DNA of 31,649 nucleotides from a virus (IMGVR_UViG_3300020426_000018:1-31649), one strand, 5' to 3'. Counted from the stretch's first letter, positions 1 to 7,258 are shown. Numbers and translations are program-made. The notes: a model not told the origin generated them from the sequence alone.

Positions 1-13
1 CGCATGAACGACC
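1..13. repeat. Left copy of 13-bp terminal direct repeat (probable cohesive end, cosN)
   Basis: CGCATGAACGACC at 1-13 is identical to 31637-31649; GC-rich in an AT-rich genome; on the circle it lies just upstream of terS, as lambda cos does. Confidence 0.8.
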
Positions 14-32
14 CACAGTGGCACGCACTGGA

Positions 33-39
33 AGAACCT
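33..39 (-). promoter_or_regulatory. cosQ-like packaging termination element
   Basis: Minus strand reads AGGTTCTTCCAGTG..., with AGGTTCT ending 19 nt before the terminal repeat; resembles the lambda cosQ context GGGTCCTTTCCGGTG. Confidence 0.45.
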
Positions 40-43
40 AGTA

Positions 44-730
44 CTACTTACGTGTCTCTATAGCTTTTGACATAGCCTTATCAAAGTGTTGGTTAAACTT
101 ACGCTGTACAACCTTTCCAGCTATCTGTTCTATGTTGAAGATTGACTGATAATTAGGTTTTCTAGTTGATGCAATAAAGAATGGAAATAACTTTTCTTTA
201 GATCTTTTATAAATGCCAGCAGGTTTACCAGGATTGTTAGCAGGTGTACCAATAAAGAAACCACCTCTAGGATTATTACTTATCCCACTTGATATTCGTT
301 TAAGTGTTGATCTTGTTACGTTACCGTGTTTATCATATTTAATAAAAGATGTAGGATAAAAATAACTATTAGATGGTATTGTCCCGTCATTTGGTAGACC
401 TGCAAAATATTTTTCAAATCCTTTAGGTATTCTTTGTCCACCTTTTACACCAAAGCGCAAATATCTAGCCCTATCCTTACCAGCTTGATCTTGTGCAAAT
501 GTATGAGCTACTAAATTATTTTTCTTGGATTTTTGTACTAAAAATGCTTTCTGTGTAAACTTTGTAGGTCTATCAAACGCCCCTAACGTTCCTTTATTAA
601 GTGCTGTTCTTATATCAAATGCAGTATTATTTATAGCAACAGAGGATGCGAATGGTAATTGATTTCTATAGTTGTTTAAAAATCTATCAAAGCCTTTAAG
701 ATCTTGATCTATTGTTAATTGAATACCCAT
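44..730 (-). CDS. Putative tail completion protein (lambda gpZ-like)
   Basis: 228-aa basic protein with QLPFASSVAINNTAFD...FDRPTKFT pattern of a family often found upstream of terS; no other Z-like gene between the head-tail joiner and tail terminator. Confidence 0.55.
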   Translation of the reverse strand: MGIQLTIDQDLKGFDRFLNNYRNQLPFASSVAINNTAFDIRTALNKGTLGAFDRPTKFTQKAFLVQKSKKNNLVAHTFAQDQAGKDRARYLRFGVKGGQRIPKGFEKYFAGLPNDGTIPSNSYFYPTSFIKYDKHGNVTRSTLKRISSGISNNPRGGFFIGTPANNPGKPAGIYKRSKEKLFPFFIASTRKPNYQSIFNIEQIAGKVVQRKFNQHFDKAMSKAIETRK

Positions 731-1068
731 TAAAAAGGAATGTCTGCTGTTTCCATTGTAGGTGTTTGTTGTTGTCTTTTTTCTGGGTAAGTAAATTCAT
801 TAACAGATACTTGAAATGACTTTCTAGTTTCTCCTTCTTCATTAGTATATTCAGTGTATTTAGCATTACCAGATACACAGACTAAACAACCTTTTTTATA
901 AGTATCTAATATGTTTTCATAACGTTTACCCCATACCTGACATTTTATAAAAGATGTTTCATCTCTAGGATGTGATACAGCTATTGTAAATTCTGCGAGA
1001 TCATAAGCACCAGCTTTTTTATATTCAGCGTCTTTAGTTAAACGCCCTGCGATTGATACATTAAACAT
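730..1068 (-). CDS. ssb: Single-stranded DNA-binding protein
   Basis: GRLTKDAE, FTIAV, FIKCQVWGK, KKGCLVCVSG OB-fold motifs and acidic C-terminal DIPF. Confidence 0.95.
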   Translation of the reverse strand: MFNVSIAGRLTKDAEYKKAGAYDLAEFTIAVSHPRDETSFIKCQVWGKRYENILDTYKKGCLVCVSGNAKYTEYTNEEGETRKSFQVSVNEFTYPEKRQQQTPTMETADIPF

Positions 1069-1258
1069 CTGTTTTATTAGAAAGATAAGTTGAAATCAGG
1101 CTATTAATACCTGATGAAAAATTTAAATTATTTTTTTTACAATAAGCTAAAAATATTCTGTGATTTGATGCTGTAAGTTTTGATTGTACTAAAAAACGAT
1201 TCTTCCATAAGGAAGCTGTTTTATCAATAGGTCTAGTTTCTAAAGGTTCATTAATCAT
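1061..1258 (-). CDS. Small putative ribbon-helix-helix DNA-binding protein
   Basis: 65 aa; strand FLVQSKL then two helices (RIFLAYCKKNNLNFSSGINSLISTYL); overlaps both neighbours. Confidence 0.45.
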   Translation of the reverse strand: MINEPLETRPIDKTASLWKNRFLVQSKLTASNHRIFLAYCKKNNLNFSSGINSLISTYLSNKTDV

Positions 1259-1893
1259 GTGTTTGCATTAATCCATTCTTCTATAAATGTAACGTGTTTT
1301 GGCATTGATATATTTTGTGAAAGCTGTGTTGACCTATCGAAGTCAAATTCAATATAAAGGGCATCGGCTAAAGTGTTGTAAAGCTGTTTATCTTTTATTA
1401 ATAATTTACCAATTAGTTTAAGATAGTAATCTTTTGTTTCTTTATCTAATATTTGTGGCATGCCTACTGCTTTATTCTTTGTTATAGAAGTAACTTTATT
1501 TTGTTGTACATCAGGATTAAATATCTGTCCGTCATGATCTGGAATACCTGCTGTAAGGTTTAATAAACCTAGCAATAAATAGCGTTTAAAATATGTTAAT
1601 GCTTGCCCTGTACTATAAAGCTCATTTTTTGCAATACCTTTAGGCAAAAGTATTTTAGACGGTGGTAAGGATTCTCCAGATATATGATGAAGCTGTACAG
1701 ATAGAATATTATTGTCAGATTCAACATTTGTTGTATTAGTTACTATTAAACCATTTTTAGCTAATACAGGATTAACAACTGCCAAAACACCAGAAAGATC
1801 AGCAAACTTGCCATATTGTGCATCTGCTTTTTCTTCAATAGTTCCGACTTCTTGTATAAATTTGCAAAGTGAAGTTATTATTTCTTTGTTCAA
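1255..1893 (-). CDS. erf: ERF-family single-strand annealing recombinase
   Basis: YGKFADLSGVLAVVNPVLAKNGL, LHHISGE, GQALTYFKRYLL..L, DHDG motifs; next to ssb. Start moved to TTG at 1893 because the ORF-track start (1944) falls inside a promoter. Confidence 0.85.
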   Translation of the reverse strand: MNKEIITSLCKFIQEVGTIEEKADAQYGKFADLSGVLAVVNPVLAKNGLIVTNTTNVESDNNILSVQLHHISGESLPPSKILLPKGIAKNELYSTGQALTYFKRYLLLGLLNLTAGIPDHDGQIFNPDVQQNKVTSITKNKAVGMPQILDKETKDYYLKLIGKLLIKDKQLYNTLADALYIEFDFDRSTQLSQNISMPKHVTFIEEWINANT

Positions 1894-1915
1894 TTTTAGA
1901 AAATATATATTTATA

Positions 1916-1944
1916 AGTATATCTAAAGTATACCTTTTTGACAA
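1916..1944 (-). promoter_or_regulatory. Sigma70-type promoter for erf-ssb operon, with GTATAC palindrome in the spacer
   Basis: Minus strand TTGTCA-17 nt (AAAAGGTATACTTTAGA)-TATACT. Confidence 0.65.
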
Positions 1945-2084
1945 TCATGGTTACTAATGATATTTCTAAGTCTTTGGTTATCAGCTATAACTTCTGCCAA
2001 TAGTTCAAAAGGGTCGTTTACTCCTAACAACTCATCCCTAAGTTGCTGTAAATACTTTTTCTTGTCAGCTAATCCGTTATACAT
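1923..2084 (-). CDS. Hypothetical 53-aa protein (not in ORF track)
   Basis: Hand translation MYNGLADKKKYLQQLRDELLGVNDPFELLAEVIADNQRLRNIISNHDCQKGIL*; fills the gap and has a promoter upstream. Confidence 0.6.
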   Translation of the reverse strand: MYNGLADKKKYLQQLRDELLGVNDPFELLAEVIADNQRLRNIISNHDCQKGIL

Positions 2085-2105
2085 AGATTAATGACTTATG
2101 AACAT

Positions 2106-2134
2106 ATACTAACATATATTTAGCATAATGTTAA
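2106..2134 (-). promoter_or_regulatory. Leftward sigma70-type promoter in the divergent control region
   Basis: Minus strand TTAACA-17 nt-TAGTAT with extended -10 TG; overlaps tandem AACATATACT/AACATATATT at 2101-2120. Confidence 0.45.
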
Positions 2135-2223
2135 GATTTAATTCAATATATATAGCGTATTGTGGCAAATTAAGTCAACAAATGTACATTACAAGAACAC
2201 TTTACGTCATAATCTGATCACTA

Positions 2224-2808
2224 ATGTCCACTTTCAGGCCATCTTTAAACAGGGAAATATTCAATGAGATCATGGAATTTAAGCCAAGAACCATTAACAG
2301 CACATCATTTCTAAATATTGTTTTAGAAATGGGACTAGACGCATTAAAGCAAAATGTACAAGATAAGAATTTTATGATTAACTATATATATAAAAATGAG
2401 AATAATACAGAGTTAGAAGTTAAACAAAACTTAGATAGTTTAGAACCAAAAGAACAAAAAGAAAAAATTAATAAAAAAGAAAAACAAGAAAAGGCCATAC
2501 CAGATAATTTATTACATTTACAAAATCTTATTTATAATTTCTGGCAAGTAAAAAAAGGTAGTAAATCAGACAATGCATGGAAAATGCAAATCTCGGAGAT
2601 AAATAAATTTATCAAAAAGTATGGTGAAAGTATTGTTGTAGAACAACTAGAAATGGGTATATTAGATGGCACATGGAAAGGTTTAAAAATGGCTAATTAT
2701 GAAGAACAGCTAAAAAGAAAAAATAAATATAATAATAAACCTGACGATATAAAACACCCTGCACAACAGGTGACAACTTTTGATGATTTTGGAGTAATAA
2801 ATAACTAA
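2224..2808 (+). CDS. Putative replication initiator (small N-terminal DNA-binding domain, charged linker, helical C-terminal domain)
   Basis: First gene of rightward operon; K/E-rich linker encoded by A-rich DNA; FW...KK...AWK C-terminal pattern like phage replisome organisers. Confidence 0.4.
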   Translation: MSTFRPSLNREIFNEIMEFKPRTINSTSFLNIVLEMGLDALKQNVQDKNFMINYIYKNENNTELEVKQNLDSLEPKEQKEKINKKEKQEKAIPDNLLHLQNLIYNFWQVKKGSKSDNAWKMQISEINKFIKKYGESIVVEQLEMGILDGTWKGLKMANYEEQLKRKNKYNNKPDDIKHPAQQVTTFDDFGVINN

Positions 2809-3071
2809 TGGAAAAGCTTATAAAAACTAACAGTATGAAAAAATTACTTAATAAAATAATTGAAAAAAAATTAGTCAAATTAGAAGATTTGGATAAACCT
2901 CCCGAAGGTTGGTTTTTAGCAATGGGTTATGAAAAATGTATTATTACTGGTAAATGGATATATATAAATAGAACTAAAGCTAATGCAAGATCTATGATAC
3001 CTAGAAATAAATTGCCTAAATATAAAAATCCCATAACTGGTAAAATAACTTTTGATCCTACAAATGACTAG
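2808..3071 (+). CDS. Hypothetical protein
   Basis: 87-aa ORF, TAATG-coupled to the upstream gene. Confidence 0.65.
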   Translation: MEKLIKTNSMKKLLNKIIEKKLVKLEDLDKPPEGWFLAMGYEKCIITGKWIYINRTKANARSMIPRNKLPKYKNPITGKITFDPTND

Positions 3072-3690
3072 AAATATAAAAGATATTTTAAGTAAAGATC
3101 AGTTTGTAAAATTTTATCCTGATGAGCATAGATATTATGATCTAAAAAATAATAGATATGTTGCAAGGTCTGTAAGTGAAGTTGTAAAACCTAATGCTTT
3201 TGTCAATAAGAACATGGAAAAAGCTGCAGAAAGAGGCACAAATATTCATGAAGCTATACAGATATGGAGCGAAACAAAAGATACTAACCTTGCATTTTCT
3301 TATGCAAAAGAATATACAAAATGGTTAAAAAATTTATTCAATTATCGTATGTGGAATACATGGAATATTGTTGCAAGTGAGCTAAGAATGATAGATAGGG
3401 TTAATGATATAGCAGGAACATTAGATGCTGTTTTACAACATAAAGATACTGGTTTACTTTGTTTAGCAGATTTTAAAACACAGGATAAATTTAAAAAGAA
3501 AAATCATAGATTGCAAATAGGTGGTTATGTTTCGTTGTTAGACCAAAATTTTAATAATATTGATTTATTTACTTGCAGGGTTATATATATTACACCTTAT
3601 GAAATAAAAACAGAAGAATATAGCCCAAAAGAATGTATGTATGATTATGAAATATGTAGAACTGAGTTTTTAAAAACAATTACGAAATGA
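3064..3690 (+). CDS. PD-(D/E)XK exonuclease
   Basis: SVSEV, AAERGTNIHEAI, E..IAGTLDAV...LADFKT, LQIGGY motifs; in-frame ATG at 3064 preferred over TTG at 3052. Confidence 0.85.
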   Translation: MTRNIKDILSKDQFVKFYPDEHRYYDLKNNRYVARSVSEVVKPNAFVNKNMEKAAERGTNIHEAIQIWSETKDTNLAFSYAKEYTKWLKNLFNYRMWNTWNIVASELRMIDRVNDIAGTLDAVLQHKDTGLLCLADFKTQDKFKKKNHRLQIGGYVSLLDQNFNNIDLFTCRVIYITPYEIKTEEYSPKECMYDYEICRTEFLKTITK

Positions 3691-4001
3691 CATTACAACC
3701 AGAACAGTTATTAACAGAATTAAAACATTGGCAATCTAAAAAGAAAGAATGTCAAGAACAAATAGATGCGAGAAAAGTTATATTAGAAAATTTTTATAAT
3801 GATGGATTTATTAATAATAAAATAGAAGTAAATGATATAACTGCCATAAGAAAAAGAAACCCTCAAAAGTGGATATATAGTAGTGATTTAATAAAATATA
3901 AAAAAGAAATTAATGAAACTATTGAAGAGAAAGAACAGTTTGAGAGAGAAGAAGGAATAGCAAAAAAACAGGATACAAGTTATTCATGGAGTATAAGATG
4001 A
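3687..4001 (+). CDS. Hypothetical coiled-coil protein
   Basis: 104-aa ORF with ATGA overlaps at both ends. Confidence 0.7.
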   Translation: MTLQPEQLLTELKHWQSKKKECQEQIDARKVILENFYNDGFINNKIEVNDITAIRKRNPQKWIYSSDLIKYKKEINETIEEKEQFEREEGIAKKQDTSYSWSIR

Positions 4002-4267
4002 ACAAAATGGAAAAGATAGAAACTGCATTAAAAAGAATTAAAGAACTTTTTGATTTAGTAATTTATTGGTCAAAACCTACAAAAGAAGAAGATTTATTAA
4101 ATAAAGAGTTTAAAAAAAGAAAAAAAGTTTTATTGAAAGATTTATATTTACAACTAGCTGCGTTAGATGACAGATATATGTTTACTCATAAATCAGAATT
4201 TAAAACTAAGGAATATACTGTTGAATTTGAAAAAATAAGAAAACAAATTAACGATTTAGAAAAATGA
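3998..4267 (+). CDS. Hypothetical protein
   Basis: Helical charged ORF; ATGA overlap at 3998-4001 gives the likely start. Confidence 0.65.
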   Translation: MNKMEKIETALKRIKELFDLVIYWSKPTKEEDLLNKEFKKRKKVLLKDLYLQLAALDDRYMFTHKSEFKTKEYTVEFEKIRKQINDLEK

Positions 4268-4608
4268 CAAATAAAGCAAAAGAAAAAGGCGATAGGGCAG
4301 AAAGGGAGGCAGCCGCACTATTAACAAAATTTACAGGGTATGAGGTTGAAAGACGTTTCGGGGCAGGGGCAGAACTGGATAAAGGAGATCTTGTTGGTAT
4401 TCCTGATACTGTTTTACAGGTTGCAAATCGGAAAGATACTAATGCGGCTGTACTACAAAAGCCTAGAGAAGCTGAACAGCAGAGAATAAACGCAAAGGTA
4501 AAATATGCAGCTACATTAGTTAGATATAAAAAAATGCCAGGATGTGCAGAAGGTGATAACTGGCGTGTTGTATTAACACTTCAACAGTTTGCAAGATTAA
4601 TAAGATGA
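4264..4608 (+). CDS. Holliday junction resolvase (Hjc-like nuclease)
   Basis: KAKEKGDRAEREAA, VERR, KGDLVG motifs; VLQVAN in place of the usual ExK. Confidence 0.7.
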   Translation: MTNKAKEKGDRAEREAAALLTKFTGYEVERRFGAGAELDKGDLVGIPDTVLQVANRKDTNAAVLQKPREAEQQRINAKVKYAATLVRYKKMPGCAEGDNWRVVLTLQQFARLIR

Positions 4609-5291
4609 ATAATATAAAAATATATAATAAAAATTCTTATGAAATAGTTAATAACTTAGATATAGCAGATTTATTAGTATTAGATCCACCATTCCAGGAT
4701 TGGGAAAAAATCAATTTTAAAATACCACAAAATGTAATAGCTTTTTGTAATCACAGGTCAAGGCATAAAGTAGAAAAATTATTAGGTACACCTAAAACAG
4801 AGTTAATATGGCATTTTTCTGATGGTAGGTGGGTTAGTAATGATTTACCTAGAATTACACATGATTATATTTATATTTATGGACAACCTAAATCTGCAAG
4901 TGTTGGTGAATATCAAGATACAAAATTTGTTAAAAAAGGTAATGGTTGTATTGGTACTGATAAATTAGGAAAAAGAATATATAAGCCTAAAGAAAGAAAA
5001 CAATTAAATAGTGTGCTTATTTATCCTAGAAATATGCAAAGTAAATTAGGTGCATGGACTAAGCCATATAAACTTATAAGGAATTTAATAGAATGGTTTG
5101 AACCTGCAAGTGTATTAGACCCTTTTATGGGTTCTGGTGTTGTATTAGAGGTATGTAAAGATTTAGGTATAGATGCAACTGGTATAGAAATCAATAAAGA
5201 ATATTTTAATTATGTAAAAGAAAAACTCAATACAAACAAATTACAAAAAGAAATATTTAAACCAACCTATCAATTAGATTTAATTACTTGA
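4605..5291 (+). CDS. DNA amino-methyltransferase (N6-A/N4-C, beta order)
   Basis: DPPF catalytic motif N-terminal; TKP and VLDPFMGSG...GIEIN SAM-binding motif C-terminal. Confidence 0.9.
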   Translation: MNNIKIYNKNSYEIVNNLDIADLLVLDPPFQDWEKINFKIPQNVIAFCNHRSRHKVEKLLGTPKTELIWHFSDGRWVSNDLPRITHDYIYIYGQPKSASVGEYQDTKFVKKGNGCIGTDKLGKRIYKPKERKQLNSVLIYPRNMQSKLGAWTKPYKLIRNLIEWFEPASVLDPFMGSGVVLEVCKDLGIDATGIEINKEYFNYVKEKLNTNKLQKEIFKPTYQLDLIT

Positions 5292-5316
5292 CAGGGGTAT
5301 ACCCTTAATATATATT
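5288..5316 (+). promoter_or_regulatory. Near-consensus sigma70 promoter with palindromic operator
   Basis: TTGACA (5288-5293)-17 nt-TATATT (5311-5316); perfect palindrome GGGTATACCC at 5295-5304. Confidence 0.8.
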
Positions 5317-5349
5317 AAGAATGTACTAAACGGCCAAGAGGTTTTCTAT

Positions 5350-5793
5350 ATGACTAAAGCAACTAAAGCTGAGCTTAATATGTACCTTAACTGGAAAGCA
5401 CAATTAGAGCTTGAACTAAAAGTACGTGTTAAGGCTAATAATCGCAAGCTAATTGATCAGACTAGAGAAACACTTGCACGTTTAGAAGAAAACTATGCAG
5501 ATCTAGATCTTGGTCAATTTTTCAACAAGACATCATTCTTTTATCATAATAATGGCAAGACTTATCAGTTTCCTTGTAGGTTTACGTCAGATACTGAAGG
5601 TGATAGAAAATGTAGAATTAAGTATCAAGGCTTATTTATATTTCATTATGAAATGTTTAAGCATATAGCAGAAAGCGAGGATGAAGAGTGGTTAGAGGCA
5701 ATGGCTAGATGCACATCAGCAAAAGAACCATACTTTACAGGTCAAGATGGTGATGGCTACAAAAATCCTATAGAGGCATCTAAAAATGTCTAA
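5350..5793 (+). CDS. Hypothetical protein (probable early gene)
   Basis: 147-aa ORF with GAGG RBS directly behind the strong promoter. Confidence 0.75.
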   Translation: MTKATKAELNMYLNWKAQLELELKVRVKANNRKLIDQTRETLARLEENYADLDLGQFFNKTSFFYHNNGKTYQFPCRFTSDTEGDRKCRIKYQGLFIFHYEMFKHIAESEDEEWLEAMARCTSAKEPYFTGQDGDGYKNPIEASKNV

Positions 5794-5917
5794 TTTTCTA
5801 ATGATGTTAGCAGCATCAGGGTTGTTTTATACAGCCCTTTCAACAAGTCTATATGACATGACAGTTACAGATTGTAATGCAGGTATAGAACTAGCCTGTA
5901 AGGAGGTAAACAAGTAA
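5786..5917 (+). CDS. 43-aa mini-protein with hydrophobic N-terminus and a Cys pair (not in ORF track)
   Basis: MSNFLMMLAASGLFYTALSTSLYDMTVTDCNAGIELACKEVNK*; GAGG upstream; TAATG-coupled to the next gene. Confidence 0.7.
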   Translation: MSNFLMMLAASGLFYTALSTSLYDMTVTDCNAGIELACKEVNK

Positions 5918-6263
5918 TGGGTACTTTATTAAACTTGACTCATGCAGAACTAGAAGAGGTTTATTTATCTCTTACTAAGGGTCAATGGAAAGATTTAGAA
6001 GCTAATAAGTCAGCAACAGAAAAAGTACAAAAGTATTTAGTAGATGTTGCTATGACCTGTGAATTTAAAACTAAGGAGGTAAACAAATGAATAATACTGC
6101 TAGAATTACTGTTACACCATTATGTAAACTAGATTATGATGCTGTTAAACAACTTGCAAAGACAAATAATACTACTCTTTCACAAATAGTATCTGTTGCT
6201 TTACATGAATGGCTAAAACATAATTATAAAAAAGGTAAAGAATTTTGTAAGGAGGTAACAAAG
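5899..6263 (+). repeat. Three copies of a TAAGGAGGTAA(A)CAA cassette
   Basis: Copies begin at 5899, 6072 and 6248; each encodes the last residues (KEVNK, KEVNK, KEVTK) of a mini-gene. Confidence 0.85.
5917..6090 (+). CDS. 57-aa hypothetical mini-protein (not in ORF track)
   Basis: MGTLLNLTHAELEEVYLSLTKGQWKDLEANKSATEKVQKYLVDVAMTCEFKTKEVNK*; perfect SD upstream. Confidence 0.75.
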   Translation: MGTLLNLTHAELEEVYLSLTKGQWKDLEANKSATEKVQKYLVDVAMTCEFKTKEVNK

Positions 6264-6266
6264 TAA
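6087..6266 (+). CDS. 59-aa putative ribbon-helix-helix regulator (not in ORF track)
   Basis: MNNTARITVTPLCKLDYDAVKQLAKTNNTTLSQIVSVALHEWLKHN...; RITVT strand plus LA...TLSQIV..AL.EWL helix pattern; perfect SD. Confidence 0.7.
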   Translation: MNNTARITVTPLCKLDYDAVKQLAKTNNTTLSQIVSVALHEWLKHNYKKGKEFCKEVTK

Positions 6267-6277
6267 TAAACAAATAG

Positions 6278-6340
6278 TTGGGAGGCCTGATAGTTAGTAA
6301 AGTCATAACGTTACTAACTTGAAAGTTATACAAAACCCTT
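6278..6340 (+). ncRNA. Candidate structured RNA (9-bp stem flanked by CUGAU/UGAAA)
   Basis: AGTTAGTAA (6292-6300) pairs perfectly with TTACTAACT (6311-6319); flanks can form tandem G.A pairs; intergenic. Confidence 0.4.
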
Positions 6341-6390
6341 GAAAAAGGAAAGACATTGAAACACATCTAAAATTTAAATATAATTATTAT

Positions 6391-6681
6391 ATGAAACGAA
6401 AAGACACACCTTCTTATAACAAACTAGCTTGTCTTCAAGAAATTAGAAGGAAAGGACTACTAAAATTATTGCTTGATGTTGAACTTCGGGGTATAGAACA
6501 TAAAATATATATTACTGATGATTCAAGAGCAGACCTTACAGTAAATGACGGGGATTGGATCAATGATCATATAAGGACTGCTATCGTTAAGCATAACTAT
6601 GAAATAAGTAAAATTCCAAAACTACAGGTGAAAGATTTCACCATTAAAGAAATTAAAGAATACGAAGAAACACTTGAATGA
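6391..6681 (+). CDS. Hypothetical protein
   Basis: 96-aa ORF with ATGA overlap into the next gene. Confidence 0.7.
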   Translation: MKRKDTPSYNKLACLQEIRRKGLLKLLLDVELRGIEHKIYITDDSRADLTVNDGDWINDHIRTAIVKHNYEISKIPKLQVKDFTIKEIKEYEETLE

Positions 6682-6899
6682 AAACACCAATAGGACAAAA
6701 GTTTGAACTTAATCAGGTTGTAAAAAGAAATGCAACAGTGGGGTATTCAGCTAGTAAATATGCACAATTTACTGGCAAAATTACAAAAGCTTTTACAAGA
6801 AAAAATAAACTAGGAGTTTCACAGTATTACTACAAGGTTTTCTGGGAGGATGGAAGATCATCTGAGCATGCCCAGCATAGCCTTAAATCTTTTCCATAA
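6678..6899 (+). CDS. Hypothetical small beta protein (SH3/Tudor-like pattern)
   Basis: KFELNQVV...GKIT...YYYKVFWEDG...L pattern; 73 aa. Confidence 0.6.
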   Translation: MKTPIGQKFELNQVVKRNATVGYSASKYAQFTGKITKAFTRKNKLGVSQYYYKVFWEDGRSSEHAQHSLKSFP

Positions 6900-7154
6900 A
6901 GGTTTCTTCATACTTTTCATTTCTTTCTTTATTTCATACAGAGCAAGTAAAGCTTCAAGTTCTGCAAGCCGACCTAACATACCAGTTAAAAATAAATCTT
7001 GCCTCATTTGATGTCTTATTAAATTTGTGCAGTATTTTTGTAACTCTTCAGTATTTTTATTATTCATTATTTCTCTGCAACGCATCTCAACAGATAGTTC
7101 TAATTCTGGTGTAGGTTTTTCAAAATCTATATTGAATAGTTTGTCAGTGTCCAT
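6858..7154 (-). CDS. NblA-like protein (putative phycobiliprotein degradation adaptor)
   Basis: PTPELELSVEMRCREI...TEELQKYCTNLIRHQMRQDLFL helix-loop-helix with spacing like NblA (LSLEQQF...Q.K..LV.L..QM). Confidence 0.5.
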   Translation of the reverse strand: MDTDKLFNIDFEKPTPELELSVEMRCREIMNNKNTEELQKYCTNLIRHQMRQDLFLTGMLGRLAELEALLALYEIKKEMKSMKKPLWKRFKAMLGMLR

Positions 7155-7189
7155 TTCCTTATGTCATCCTTTCCAAACATAACAATATT

Positions 7190-7253
7190 TGGTATATTTG
7201 CCATAACTAGCCTGTGGCTTTAACGCTACCTCCTCACACAAAAGGCTAGTTAT
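7190..7253 (+). promoter_or_regulatory. Extended -10 promoter followed by a 5' leader hairpin
   Basis: TGgTATATT at 7190-7198; perfect 11-bp inverted repeat ATAACTAGCCT (7203-7213)/AGGCTAGTTAT (7243-7253) ending 5 nt before ATG 7259. Confidence 0.55.
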
Positions 7254-7258
7254 CTAAC

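Noticed and set aside
696-2878. Short alternative ORFs 696-878 (-), 1712-1957 (+), 2693-2878 (-)
   Set aside because: They overlap well-supported genes (ssb, erf, initiator-like) in other frames or strands and show no motifs
5899-6263. CRISPR-like array
   Set aside because: Repeats are about 15 nt SD sequences separated by about 160 nt of coding DNA; no cas genes
6287-6325. Hammerhead ribozyme
   Set aside because: CUGA and GAAA are present, but G8-A9 and a stem III with a UH cleavage site are not; kept only as an unnamed RNA candidate
6172-6366. 64-aa minus-strand ORF
   Set aside because: Antisense to the RHH-like mini-gene and the RNA candidate; the plus-strand reading has perfect SD support
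7127-7204. 25-aa minus-strand ORF upstream of the NblA-like gene
   Set aside because: Very short, and the AGGAGG on that strand lies more than 20 nt from its ATG
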